NCBI GenBank assembly: GCA_950097015.1
Contig: CATNEN010000002.1
Location: forward strand, 8,866,001-8,930,000
DNA from: Macrostomum hystrix
Taxonomy: Eukaryota; Animalia; Platyhelminthes
Length of the DNA: 64,000 bases
Reading direction: 5' to 3'
Shown piece after piece: positions 47,992-60,057 of the stretch. The notes under the pieces are model-generated. The model worked only from the letters and a program-made list of their open reading frames with translations, was not told where the DNA came from and made no database searches. The translations under genes and the position numbers were made by a program. Every line of letters begins with the position of its first letter. Positions within the stretch are counted from its first letter, which is position 1.

Positions 47992-48590
47992 TTTCTTGCA
48001 CTGAGTGATCGCCCGAGTGTGTTGAAGTTCTGCTTTTATCTGATTCGGAATCACCTGCGTATTAAGCTAATTGCCAGAGCTTGAAGACTCGGCTGACTCA
48101 GATCCGAAATTTTTTGTGAGGTCGGGTGGCCAGGTCAGTTGATTAGCCATTCTGACACTTTGTCAAACCTTGAAAAGCGCTTATGGCTCATCCATTCGCT
48201 GAATCTGAAGTCTCTTCTCTGTGCCAAGCTCGAAGTTTCTGGGGCACGCATTAGCATTTCTAGGATTCGCTCGCAGCGATTTCCGCCCAGCCCAGCCAAA
48301 GGAAAAATGCATTTGAACCCCAACAAATTCCAGCCGCATATTTGCTCACCTGGGGGTCGACCCTGTTTGCACTCAGAATTTTCGGCAGCTAATGCTTCGT
48401 AATTAAAAGTGATTTGCGATTTCGTTGGTTCACAGCGCCTTGTTGCGGCTTAGCATTGGCTTCAAGTTCACTTGGCTTGAGGCTAAAAAGTTATAAAAGA
48501 GACGCAAAACTTGCTTTATATCAAACTTTATATATACTGGCGCGTCGATGCTGGCTTTGCTGGCTTTGTTTTAAATTGGGCAACCTGACT

Positions 48591-49377
48591 TGTTGTATTC
48601 GCTGGGCCCCAGGGCAGGCCGTTAGCGGTGACCGTACCGGGATTCGAGTGCTGGACCGCCAGGTGTTTACCGTGGGAGAAAAGAGAAGGAGTAGGGATTA
48701 GCAACCGCGAGGCGTTCGGACACTTCGGGATCTGGGGAAACAAGAGGGAAGAAGCGTACTAAAACTCCTAGTCTCGTGCTCTGGCACCGGATGGCCACTC
48801 GACGAGAAATAATTACAGGGGGTAAGCGGACAGCCACTTAGACCCCGCTGATAGCAGGTGATAATAGTAGGTAAAGCACGGCGAGGATCAGCAGAATGAT
48901 TAAATCAGTGTCGGAGAATTACCGGGAGGAATCCAATGTGCGCTCATAAAGTATGCGGAGATGTCTCTACGTTTCGGCACCTGACTTAAGCAATTTTATA
49001 TCGGCTCGTCTGTTATTTCCCAAGCCCAGAGCACGCCACGCGTGGGGTGGAACAATGCGAGTGCGCTTTGAATAACACATTTGGGGGAGGTTGCCAGGAC
49101 GAGGCCGTGACGCCAACGACGGGGCAGAGAAAAAACGGGGGACAGAACTGGCCAATCAGATGCCGACCTAGACACGCAAACCGGTTGGTATCGGCCGCTT
49201 GATTGGGTAGAGCTAGGGCGAAAGCCACGCAAGGCAGAGGGGTGGGGCAGGGCTACGCCGAGTAGAAGAACCTGATTGGGGCGGCAAACTGACCTGAAGG
49301 GCATGGCGCACTACAGACGGGACGGGGCAAGGGCGAAAAACAGTTCACTGGCGAGAGGAAGGGTGCAGCTCACAACA
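48591..49377 (-). mobile_element. Possible solo LTR
   Basis: Ends TGTTGT...ACAACA; on - it carries CCAAT and GC boxes, then a TATA-like GATATAAAA near 48995, then pyrimidine-rich sequence. No clean TSD was found. Confidence 0.3.
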
Positions 49378-49464
49378 GATATAGCTAAGCTCGCAGCTCT
49401 TTTCTCACTTTTGCCATTAATACGAAATACGGCTAGTCGAAAACTTCAGCAACCAACTCCGTCC

Positions 49465-49965
49465 TCTGAGACGACACAGACCGGCCTCTCCGAGACAACA
49501 CAGACCGGCCTCTCCGAGACAACACAGACCGGCCTCTCCGAGACAACACAGACCATCCTCTCTGAGACAACACAGACCGGCCTCTCCGAGACAACACAGA
49601 CCATCCTCTCTGAGACAACACAGACCGGCCTCTCCGAGACAACACAGACCATCCTCTCTGAGACAACACAGACCGGCCTCAGTGCGAAAACACAGACCGG
49701 CCTCTCCGAGACAACACAGACCGGCCTCTCCGAGACAGCACAGACCGGCCTCTCCGAGACAACACAGACCGGCCTCTCCTAGACAGCACAGACCGGCCTC
49801 TCCGAGACAGCACAGACCGGCCTCTCCGAGACAACACAGACCGGCCTCTCCGAGACAACACAGACCGGCCTCTCCTAGACAGCACAGACCGGCCTCTCCG
49901 AGACAACACAGACCGGCCTCTCCGAGACAACACAGACCGGCCTCTCCGAGACAACACAGTCCGTC
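49465..49965. repeat. 24-bp minisatellite
   Basis: Unit gagacaacacagaccggcctctcc. Confidence 0.95.
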
Positions 49966-50405
49966 CTCTCTGAAACAACACAGTAACAGAGTCCATACTT
50001 TCTGAGGCGCTACAGAATGTTATCCAATAATACGAGTATATAACACGTGAAAGCTCTACTTCTTTTACCGTCATTTGCAGGTATATTCATGATACTTAAA
50101 TTTACACCAGTAACCAAAGGCTTTTTTCAGTCCATTTTTTCTTGCAATATAGCACTTAAAACTTTACACTACAAACAAGCGTACATGGTTATAAATAACT
50201 CTAAGCTAAAGTACAATGCAAGAAACCTCCTTAACACACTGCAAAAGACAAAGAAAGAAAAGTTTGTAATATTATTAGTAATTGGATATATATTGTCTAC
50301 AAAAAGAAATTTATTATAAAGATTGGCATATGATTTGCCATTCAATGGTTCATCATCTCAGCCGTAATTGTAGAAGGCGTTATTGGCCTCGGAAGCCGAT
50401 TAGAA

Positions 50406-51866
50406 CTACAGGCGAGCCAAAACGACTGTGGCCGCGGCCGTCATCAGCCAGAAGGCCGAAAGTCGACACTCGACCACCCCGACGGACCCGCCTGACAACC
50501 TGTCGCCACTGTTTAGGCATCGCGGCGGCCAGCTACCATCGTCCGGTTTCAACAGGTCTTTGAATATCTGGTAAGCGGCGTCCGGCCGGTCTGTGGCCAC
50601 AGTGTGCCCGGCGCCAAACACCGAGCGGTAGCGCAACCGGCCACCCAGGTAAGACCTCTGCACCCCGCCGATTTGAACCGAGTCGCGGCCGAAAGCCCGG
50701 TGGCAGTAAAACCAGGCGCCCTGAGCTCCAACGTCTCTCGGCAGCTTTTCCAGCAGACGCTGCGTCACCCGGGTGGGGATCATGTAGTCCAGGTTGCCGT
50801 GGAACAGCAGCACGGAGACGCCAGCGCTGACGAGGCCGCGCAGCTCCGGCAGGACGTCCCTGTTCAGGTAGCGGTAGTTGTCGAATATTTCTAGCAGGTT
50901 ACAAATCATATAGTTCTCCGGCACGGCGCTGGAGACGCCAAGGGCCTTGCGGACGAGTCGATCGCGCAGGTAAGCTGTGAGGGCCGTGGTGTTCAGGCAG
51001 GGATAGACATTCACCGTGTCGTGCATATCGTAGCAGGTGTGCATCACGTTGTACGAGTTGACAGAAATGTTTGCCTGCGAATTTGAAGTCATGCGCAGGA
51101 CGAGACAGGAATTTAGATGGGCTTAGTGTTTAAAATTACTCAGAAATCTCAGTGTGCTCACAAGTCTAGACGTATCGTCATCGAACGACATGCCCATGAC
51201 GTCGCACAGATCCTTGCGTGTCTCTGATAAAATCGAGTCATTAATTGGCACGTGCAGGCCGTTGCCCACCGCGATGCCCGTCAGGTTGATGAGCTGCGGA
51301 TGGCGGCCGCTGCTCACGATGGCGGAGGCAAGCAGCGGGATGTAGATGCCCGCGTAGCTCTCGCCCGCGATGTAGAAGGGCCGGCCTCGGTACTCGGGAA
51401 ACAGGCTGTAGAAGTGTAGCAGCGCTGCCAGGTTGAGCTGCGTGGTGACATTGTCATTGAGCACGGACTTGTCGACGGGTCCGGGCTCGCTCAGGCCGAC
51501 GCCGCTGGGCGAGTCGATGTACAGCACGTTGGCCAGCCGGTTCCACGCGAACTCGTTGCGGTCCAGCTCGGCGCGGTCGTTGGCCAGGAACGGACCGTTC
51601 GTCATGAGCAGACCGCCCACTGAGGAGCAGCCGGGACCGCCGTTCATCCACAGCACGAGCGGCGCAGAAGACGGTGGCGCGTGGGAGCTCTCGACCAGCC
51701 AGTAGAAGAGGCGCCGGTTGTCCGTGGAGTTGAGGTAGCCGGAGTACTGGTGGAAGCTCGGCTGGAAGTTGAGCCTCGGCAGCGACTCGACGCGGCGTCT
51801 CTGGCAGTCGGAGAGCACCAGCAGGCAGCAGAGGCAGAGCGCCAGGCTCGGCAGGGCGGTCCTCAT
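50406..51866 (-). CDS. Serine carboxypeptidase S10 copy C (exons 51162..51866, 50406..51074)
   Basis: GESYAG, HGNLD, GAGHTVA; 87-nt phase-0 intron; hydrophobic tail. Confidence 0.9.
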
Positions 51867-52757
51867 CCGGAGGAAGTGACTATTCAAAAATTGCTAATAG
51901 GCGACCAGAAAATAAGTACTCAGCTCTCTCGGCTTCTTTAAGCCAGACAAGCTTTGCAGCGCTAGTACCTGCCTTAGCACCGCCCAGCTGATGTGCCGAC
52001 AATTTTCGCTTCGGCGTCCACTTAAGCAGCCTCGGATCTGTTAGGGAAGACGTTGCAGCCTACGTATTGGGCTTCACAGAGAAATGAATCCGCAAACTTG
52101 CTGCATCCGTGTGGGAGCAGGTAATTTATGGCCTCGACGCGAAGATCGCAGAACTGCTAATCTCTGACCGAAGCCTTTCTGTTCGCGTCGTTAATCACTG
52201 TCAGCCCTGAAAGTCACCTGCGGCCTCGACAGCCTTGGCAGTCTCCCTAGGGCTGCCGAAACGGCACCTGTTGGAGTGAAAAGCGTTGTCAGCGCAGCGG
52301 GGATTCAAAAATTTGCCACCCCTTCCCAGGGCGCGAATCGCAGATCCCTCTGCGACCGCGCATCTTCGCACATCAATGCCCGCCATCGCGAGCATTGGTG
52401 CGACCCTGCAGTGATTCGTCCGTCATCACTTGCGTCGCTTTCGTGTGTCATCCGTCCCAAGACTATCCTAAAAAAGTTTTCCTAACACAGGTTAGAAATA
52501 ACCTTTGTTTCTTTCGTTTCTCTCAAGCAGGTTATTGATGGTTTGGTGATTTCTCTTTGCGAAGCGTAACAACCGTAGCCGCGGAAGCCACAGTTTCCCC
52601 AGACTTTAGTGAAAGAAAATTATGGTTGAAAACGCCAATGCGCTGGTTAGCTCAATTTCTTGGTTTTTTGGAATGCATGGTCAAGGCATCAATTGTATTT
52701 TTATCAACCGCCAACTTCAAAACTTAACTGAGTAAATAAAGCTCAAAAATGCCTGCC

Positions 52758-55700
52758 TCAGAACAGCAAAAACTGAGCTACAAAGTTTGCCAGTCCTAAC
52801 GCGATGAGGCCCAGGTGCAGGATGCACTTTAGCGGTGTGAGGCGGGATGCCTGCCACTCCGAGATGAGGTACACGGCTGTTGGCAGCGTGAAGATGTACG
52901 CCAAGCCGCAGATGGCTCCTGAGAACCTGCAATTCGATGGCTCCGTTGATCTTGATTGAATATTTAGTGCTCTTTACTACCCTCTGACTCAACAGTGTCC
53001 ACTCCCCTCTGATCCCACAGTGTCCTCTCCCCTCTGATCCCACAGTGTCCTCTCCCCTCTGATCCCACAGTGTCCTCTCCCCTCTGATCCCACAGTGTCC
53101 ACTCCCCTCTGATCCCACAGTGTCCTCTCCCCTCTGATCCCACAGTGTCCTCTCCCCTCTGATCCCACAGTGTCCTCTCCTCTCTGATCTCACAGTGTCC
53201 ACTCCACTCTGATCCCACAGTTTCCTCTCCCTTCTGATCCCACAGTGTCCTCTCCTCTCTGATCCCACAGTGTCCACTCCCCTCTGATCCCACAGTGTCC
53301 TCTCCCCTCTAATCCTTCTGACTACAGTGCCTTACGACAAAAACTTATTTAACTATGAGTACAGTTAAATGAAAATGCACTGGCAGCCGACAATGTCCCA
53401 CCGCAGGATGTTGCCGATGTTGGGGTAGAAAATCGATACCAGAATGGCTAGGCCGACTACAACGACGTGGAAGAGCAGCACGTGCAGCCAACTGGGGTAC
53501 ACGACCCGGTAGAAATAGTGCATTATCTGGGCGCGCAGGATGTACATCAGCAGTGGGAACACGGTCAGCATCTGCACCAGCAGGAAGATGCGCGCCGTGA
53601 ACGCCAAAATGTCGCTGCTCGGAATGTTGTCCAGGAGGTTCTGAAGGCAAGTTGGGTTAATGAAGGTGCTTATTATCGGACATTAGAGCTGCTGGGACAA
53701 AAGTACATAATGTAGCGCCAAAAAAACTGAGCAGATTTTGCTATAATCTACACCGAGAGTACTTGCTGCTCTCTCGGCGCGAGAGAAAAGGCTCTGTGTA
53801 ACAGTAAGTTCACTGCTTGAGTGAGTATTGTGATACTGTCACTATTCTATGGCCTAATCATTGCGGCACGATTACGAGTATTGCGTACCGCTCATAGTTA
53901 TCTTCAAAGATTGGCCATAGACGAAGTTTCAGTTTTGGTATAAGCACAAGAGGATGTGATTCCGGGACTCGTTTGGGCCATAGAATAATGCGCGTGTGTA
54001 GTACGTCTTGGCCCTCATTTAGGCTTTAGACATACTACACAATCTACCATTGTTAGCTAGTCAATATGACAATACGATAGAAGAACGGCTTGCACATGCA
54101 ACAATTCCATAGACCCTTGTGCGCTACTCGCACTCGCACGATCCTTCGACAATTTTTTCACTTGCAAGCCGTCTTTCTATTATGTGAATACGCCGAGGTA
54201 AAGCATTTATCTCAGGAGAATTGAGAGGCGTAGAGGTCACATGAGGGCCAACTCCCAAAAGCACAGTGACAATGGACAAGACAATGGCTCACGATCGATG
54301 TGAGTGGGCACCTGCGAGTGGAATGAGTGGCATTCAGTTTTTACCAATATTAGTAAAGTTTAATAAACCGGTTGGTTTAATTACGTCTCATAACATGAGT
54401 ACTTTAAATAGAATTAATTAGAGCTGATTGGCCCCACCTGTTCGATGCAAAACTTTGACAGCGGATAAGCAGCATAGAATATGCCGCCTACAAACAGGTA
54501 GGTCACGGACACGCACACGTAGGCAATCACCAGGTCGCGTGGCTGCGGGTTTGCGAAACAACTGTGAGACATTTCAATAACAGGCAAATCCACTGCTGCC
54601 TGACCAACTGACTCACATTGTTCTTGGGATTCTTGGCCGGCTTAATCAGCAGGATGAGGAAGCAGTGGCAGAACAGTGCAACCGAGAGTATGCCGGTGTA
54701 GGAGAAGAACTTCGGCGAGAACTCTGCAATGTAGAAATATCTTTGGTGATAGTCCAGCTGGCGCTGAAAACATTTAGGGCACAAAAGCCAAAAGTCCTGG
54801 AAAATCTCGCAGTTAATTCCCGTCTAGGAGCAGACCTGGCTCAGACAGAACCAGGGACCCTCTCTGACTCCCTCAGAACCACCCAAACCCTCTCTGACTC
54901 CACCAGACACCATCCAGACCTCTCTAACTCCACCAGACACCATCCAGACCCTCTCTGACTCCACCAGACACTACCCATACCCTCTCTGACTCCACCAGAG
55001 ACCAGACAGACCCTCTCTGACTCCACCAGACACCAGACAGACCCTTTCTGACCCACCAGACACCACCCATACCCTCTCTGACTCCACCAGACACTACCCA
55101 TACCCTCTCTGGCTCCACCAGACACTACCCATACCCTCTCTGACTCCACTAGACACTACCCATACCCTCTCTGACTCCACCAGACACTACCCATACCCTC
55201 TCTGACTCCACCAGACACCAGACAGACCCTTTCTGACTCCACCAGACACCACCCATACCCTCTATGACTCCACCAGACACCACCCATACCCTCTCTGACT
55301 CCACCAGACACCAGCCAGACCCTTTCTGACTCCACCAGACACCAGCCAGACCCTTTCTGACTCCACCAGACACCAGCTAAACCCTCCGAATCTTCCAAAC
55401 GCCTAGAGACAAACCATGAATCTATCAAATACCGCTTAGACTTTTTCAGAAGCACTCAAGCGCTAAACAGATGAATCTGTTGTTGAATCTCCCGAATTTC
55501 GCTCCGCAGTAAGACAGCGAGCCCTTTGAGACCTGATCCCCGCCAGTGTCTCACGCTGAATCCGCATCATGGGGTCCTGGCTGGTGAAGTCCAAGTGGAA
55601 GCCCCAGTCGAACGCCTTGACGACCACAAACAGCAGCAGGTAGCCAGCGGCCACGGTGCCCAGCGCGTTGAACTTGGAGAAGAAGCCGGGCGACTTGATG

Positions 55701-58308
55701 GAGATAAGCGGCCAAGCCACCAGCAGCAGATAGAATGGCACAGTGCCAGTCTTGCTCCACAGCCGGTTGAACAGCGGCTGGCTGTCCGTCTCATTGCCCG
55801 CCGGCGCTGCCGTCCAGGAGGCCGCCTCAGCCCGTGACATCGGCAAGAGAAGCTCGTCTGACAGCGTCCGGTTGAGGCCGGACTGGCCGAGGTCGATCAG
55901 AGGACAGAGGACCTCGTAGGTTCGATTGCCCAGAACGAAGTGCGAGGAACCTGATATTTAAAACTAAAAACTTAGCCGATCAAACATTTTATAACAAGCA
56001 GTTCAGTTGACCAATCAAGTATGGGTCACCAAGGTCCCTGAGCTCGATTCCGCGGCAAGGCCACATTCAATTAGGGCGCAGCCGTGGAGAGAAGGCTTGG
56101 GGGCTTGTCGTGCAATTTACGCACTTAAGGGCCAACCTAGAGGCACAGTGAAGTGCAGAATGGCTGACGATGAGAAAGTCAGAGCAGATGTACACACCGT
56201 GTGAGCGTGTGCCTGCGTACGGTATCTGTGTGCGTGTGTGCTCAGGAGTCTGCAAAACGCTAAAGCGTTCAGCTGTAGCCAAATGTTGCCTCTTAGAGCT
56301 CGAGGTCGCTCACCTGAGTCGTCTGGCAAGTGCTGTCCTGTGGCATAGTTGTAGATGAACTGGCCAGTCTGGAACAGAAAGTTAGACAGAAGCACCCAGT
56401 AGACGATCACCGCGCCCAGCAGCGCCACGGCAGAGAAGAACACGGCGGCCACCTCGCCGCTGCGGCCCATGTAGTGCTTGCACACGTCGGAGAACTCAGA
56501 AACTCGGATGCCGCGCCTCACTGGCGGTAGGCGGTGCATGCGATTTCCTTTCCATTGTGTATTAAATATTCTGATCCCACTGGATCAGGGAAGGTATCAT
56601 GTAACCCATGTTCTGATCCCACTGGATCAGGGAAGGTATCTTAAGTAAACCATGTTCTGATCCCACTGAATCAGGGAAGGTATCTTAAGTAACCCATTTT
56701 CTGATCCCACTGAAACAGGGAAGGTATCATGTAACCCATGTTCTGATCCCACTGGATCAGGGAAGGTATCATGTAACCCATGTTCTGATCCCACTGGATC
56801 AGGGAAGGTATCATGTAACCCATGTTATGATCCCACTGGATCAGGGAAGGTATAAAGTATTAAATCCAATGCTATTTTCTTCGCGCAGCATTAGGTTCTT
56901 CTGCTCGCGGTATTTTTGGTCGTCATTCAATTGCGGCGTGACAGGCGCGTAAATAATTACGTTAGAAACGCAAATGGTTTAAAAACGTCACTTCACACGA
57001 GCGAACGCATTCGAATAGTAAGTGCAGCTCAGGAATCTGATTCTGTTATCAGCGGGAGACCCTCGACTCAAAATCAATTCAAGTTTTACGAGTGGCGAAG
57101 GGTCGCCACAATATGTTTTGTGCCCAGTCTAAATTAGAAAAAATCTGGGCTGGCACCTGAAATCTGCGTGAGTATTCGGAGTCCCTCATAAAGATTGAGT
57201 AGAGAAGCAGATAAGCAGCTGCTCTGACTTCTGCTCTGACTCTGTCTGTCCTTCCTGTAGTAAAACTGAGAAGCTATCGCTCTCGCAAGAGTTCTGGCAA
57301 GCAACTCATGTCTTCGATTAATCGTCGAAACACTATCAACTGATATCGATGCACACCAAAGCTCGACTGAGGAATAAATCTATTCGAGCCATGAAGTAAA
57401 TTAGATAGCCTAGTTTCCTGCGTTGTACTCTTGAACCGCAGGATGGGATGGGGCACAATCCCATGAGTCAACTCACGCAGCGTATTGTATGAGTCCAGCA
57501 CCCGGTAGGCTGTGTAGCAGGTCAGGCACGTCATTGTCAGCAGAGCGGCCATACTCGTGACGAAGCCGGACTCCTTCACTGCCCACGGCATGCTGAGCAG
57601 CGAGGTGCCCATCATGGTATTCCAGATGCTGAAGCTGAAGGTCATACACACAAACACGCATTAGGTAATAATAGTACTGTCATAATGTACTATAGTATTT
57701 ATGCCTTGCTCATACAGCAAATGCATTTTGTAACTACCTACTGGTGGTGAAAAACCAAATTTTCTAATAATACTAGTTTACTGCTCGTATTTTCCCACCG
57801 GTAAGGGTCTTCTTACCATTGAGCATACTCACATAGTGATGAGACTGCTTTGGTTCTGCCCGGCTGTCTTAAATGGTAAAAACATGAGAAAGCGCGGCGG
57901 CACTACGTGAGCCGGCATGATGAAGCGACTGCTTGCCCCAGGCGAGATGCGGCTGTAGTACTTGTAGCGGCTGATGACAGCCGAAGTGCGGGCCAGCTCC
58001 GCCTCTGCTGTCGAGGCAGCTCGATAACTGGCGTCCGAGACGCCGCGCGAACGGCCGAGCTGACCACCGCCTTCGCGCGAAAACTCGAAGGCCATGTTAA
58101 TGGAGCCGTATTCTATCGGCAGTCGGACTGCCGGGCCGCTCTCTGTCTCCACTTTACGCGGATTTTGCTGTGGATTTTGATACTGCGAAATGCTTCGAGT
58201 CAATGGATAAGAGGTCGAACTGACAGTATCGTCACGTGCATCGATCTCTTCAACTGTATCCATACGTTGAACGGTCAAACCTCTCTTTTCTGTAGCTTTT
58301 GTCGGCAT
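52758..58308 (-). CDS. SLC38A9: Lysosomal amino-acid transporter / mTORC1 arginine sensor SLC38A9 (exons 57833..58308, 57477..57634, 56314..56520, 55555..55950, 54617..54723, 54438..54542, 53402..53640, 52758..52926)
   Basis: YYSRI...PAHVVP N-terminal Rag-binding region, SLITI|[59 protein letters not shown]|[15 protein letters not shown]|FSGA; all seven introns are GT/AG with matching phases. Confidence 0.95.
52995..53330. repeat. 25-bp minisatellite, last SLC38A9 intron
   Basis: Unit ctctgatcccacagtgtcctctccc. Confidence 0.92.
54855..55385. repeat. 31-bp minisatellite, SLC38A9 intron 4
   Basis: Unit ctctctgactccaccagacactacccatacc. Confidence 0.92.
56569..56850. repeat. 42-44-bp minisatellite with an internal hairpin, SLC38A9 intron 2
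   Basis: ttctgatcccactggatcagggaaggtatcatgtaacccatg (ctgatcc/ggatcag stem). Confidence 0.9.
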
Positions 58309-59608
58309 CTCTGCTGTAAAAGTAGCCGTACAGTCATTTTTCAAATAAGGTTTAAGGTGCAGGTAAAAAGCTTTTGAATGAAAAAATGTTTATGTAAGTA
58401 TAATTTCAAGCATATTTTAGTTCGATAAAAATTAAATCAACATAGGGCTGATTGACAGAATAATATATCTATGGGCTGATTGATAGACCAAGCCATAAAT
58501 TTGGAACACCCGAGATCCTCAGGTGTTGTATAGAATCCAAGCATGAACTACTATATGGATGAGACAGTTTATACTTCAGTGCAACCCGCGGTCTTCCTTA
58601 CCTGAAAATGGGGGATATAGTGTTGAAAAATTTGGGCCTTGTGTCTATTCTTACGATTTATGTACTATAAGAAAAGCAACGGCCAAAATATATATCGGTT
58701 CGGCAATGTGACGAATTTCAAATTAATGCGCGAAATATTTATATTACAATTTTTATCAAAACGTATCAATATGTAACTGCCCAATGGTTTACAACGCATT
58801 TTGTATAATAGAAATACTAAAGAATTTTGTAGTAAAAAATAATAAGTCTTCTTTTATTAGGCTAACGTTAACAAGTTTAAAAAATTTAAAGCCATTTCAC
58901 CTTGCAATAAATTAGTTTTCATCAGTGTATCAGAGAACATTAAGTAGTCTTATCCTGTGGTTGGCAGCTGGAAGGTGCTTGCTGCTGTTACTAGCTCCTT
59001 TTATAAATGTATTTACGGGCTAAAAGTTCTTCCGTTTTTTGTTTAGTCCGTGAAAGTTCCAGATAGCCTTGGCAAAACATCGAAGCAGCTAGCGAGTTGT
59101 TGTGACAGCCTAAGTACAAGCAAGACGAGGTTGACAGGCTTAGGCCCTATGGGAAATTATTAAGAAATTCAGAAATGCATTTTGCTTTTTAGTTTGATTT
59201 TCTTTAAAGGAAACTAGACTTTAAAGATTTATTAGATTTATTGAAGTTTCAATTGGATTTGAATTATATTTAAATTGACTTTGAATTTTGAAATTTAGCT
59301 AAGCATCACTGTAGAAGTCAAGTCAACAACCAAAAAACTAGGTAGCTAGTAAGAAAGCTAAAATAAATATGGACCACATGCTGTCATGTAAGTAATTTGG
59401 TTGCTACCTTATCCTTAATTAACCTTAATATATATTGTTTTCATACCACCTTATGTCCTATCCTAATTTATCCTACTTTATCCTATCCTAGTTAGTATCT
59501 TATTGTAGAGAAATTGTTTGATTCTTTGTTGTATATCTTAATAAATGTCAAAATAGTTTATATTTAGCAAATACTATGATAACTATTAAATATTACATAA
59601 TATTATAT

Positions 59609-60057
59609 TCGCCGTGACTAGGGACACGGCGGCCGTGTCTCTAACTCTGTGCCTAGGGACACGGCTGCCGTGTCCCTAGTTATCGACCACTCCGTGCCTA
59701 GAGCCACGGCGGCCGTGTCTCCAGCTTTGTGGACTTAGGCACGGCCGCCGTGTCCCCAGCTCTGTGTATAGGGACACGGCGGCCGTATCCCTAGTTATTG
59801 ACCACTCCGTGCCTAGAGCCACGGCGGCCGTGTCTCCAGCTTTGTGGACTTAGGCACGGCCGCCGTGTCCCCAGCTCTGTGTATAGGGACACGGCTGCCG
59901 TATCCCTAGTTATTGACCACTCCGTGCCTAGAGCCACGGCGGCCGTGTCTCCAGCTTTGTGGACTTAGGCACGGCCGCCGTGTCCCCAGCTCTGTGTATA
60001 GGGACACGGCTGCCGTGTCCTTAGTTATCGACCACTCCGTGCCTAGAGCCACGGCGA
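59609..60057. mobile_element. Palindromic 115-bp higher-order repeat bounded by TCGCCGTG/CACGGCGA; non-autonomous DNA-transposon-like (foldback/MITE/HINE)
   Basis: GACCAC recurs at 59685, 59800, 59915 and 60030; each 115-mer holds three CACGGC-N-GCCGTG-type palindromes; 8-bp inverted ends. Confidence 0.55.

Noticed and set aside
49276-55455. Periodic ORFs (SETTQTGL)n, (RRGRSVLS)n and (WCLVESERV)n
   Set aside because: Translations of 24-, 25- and 31-bp minisatellites.
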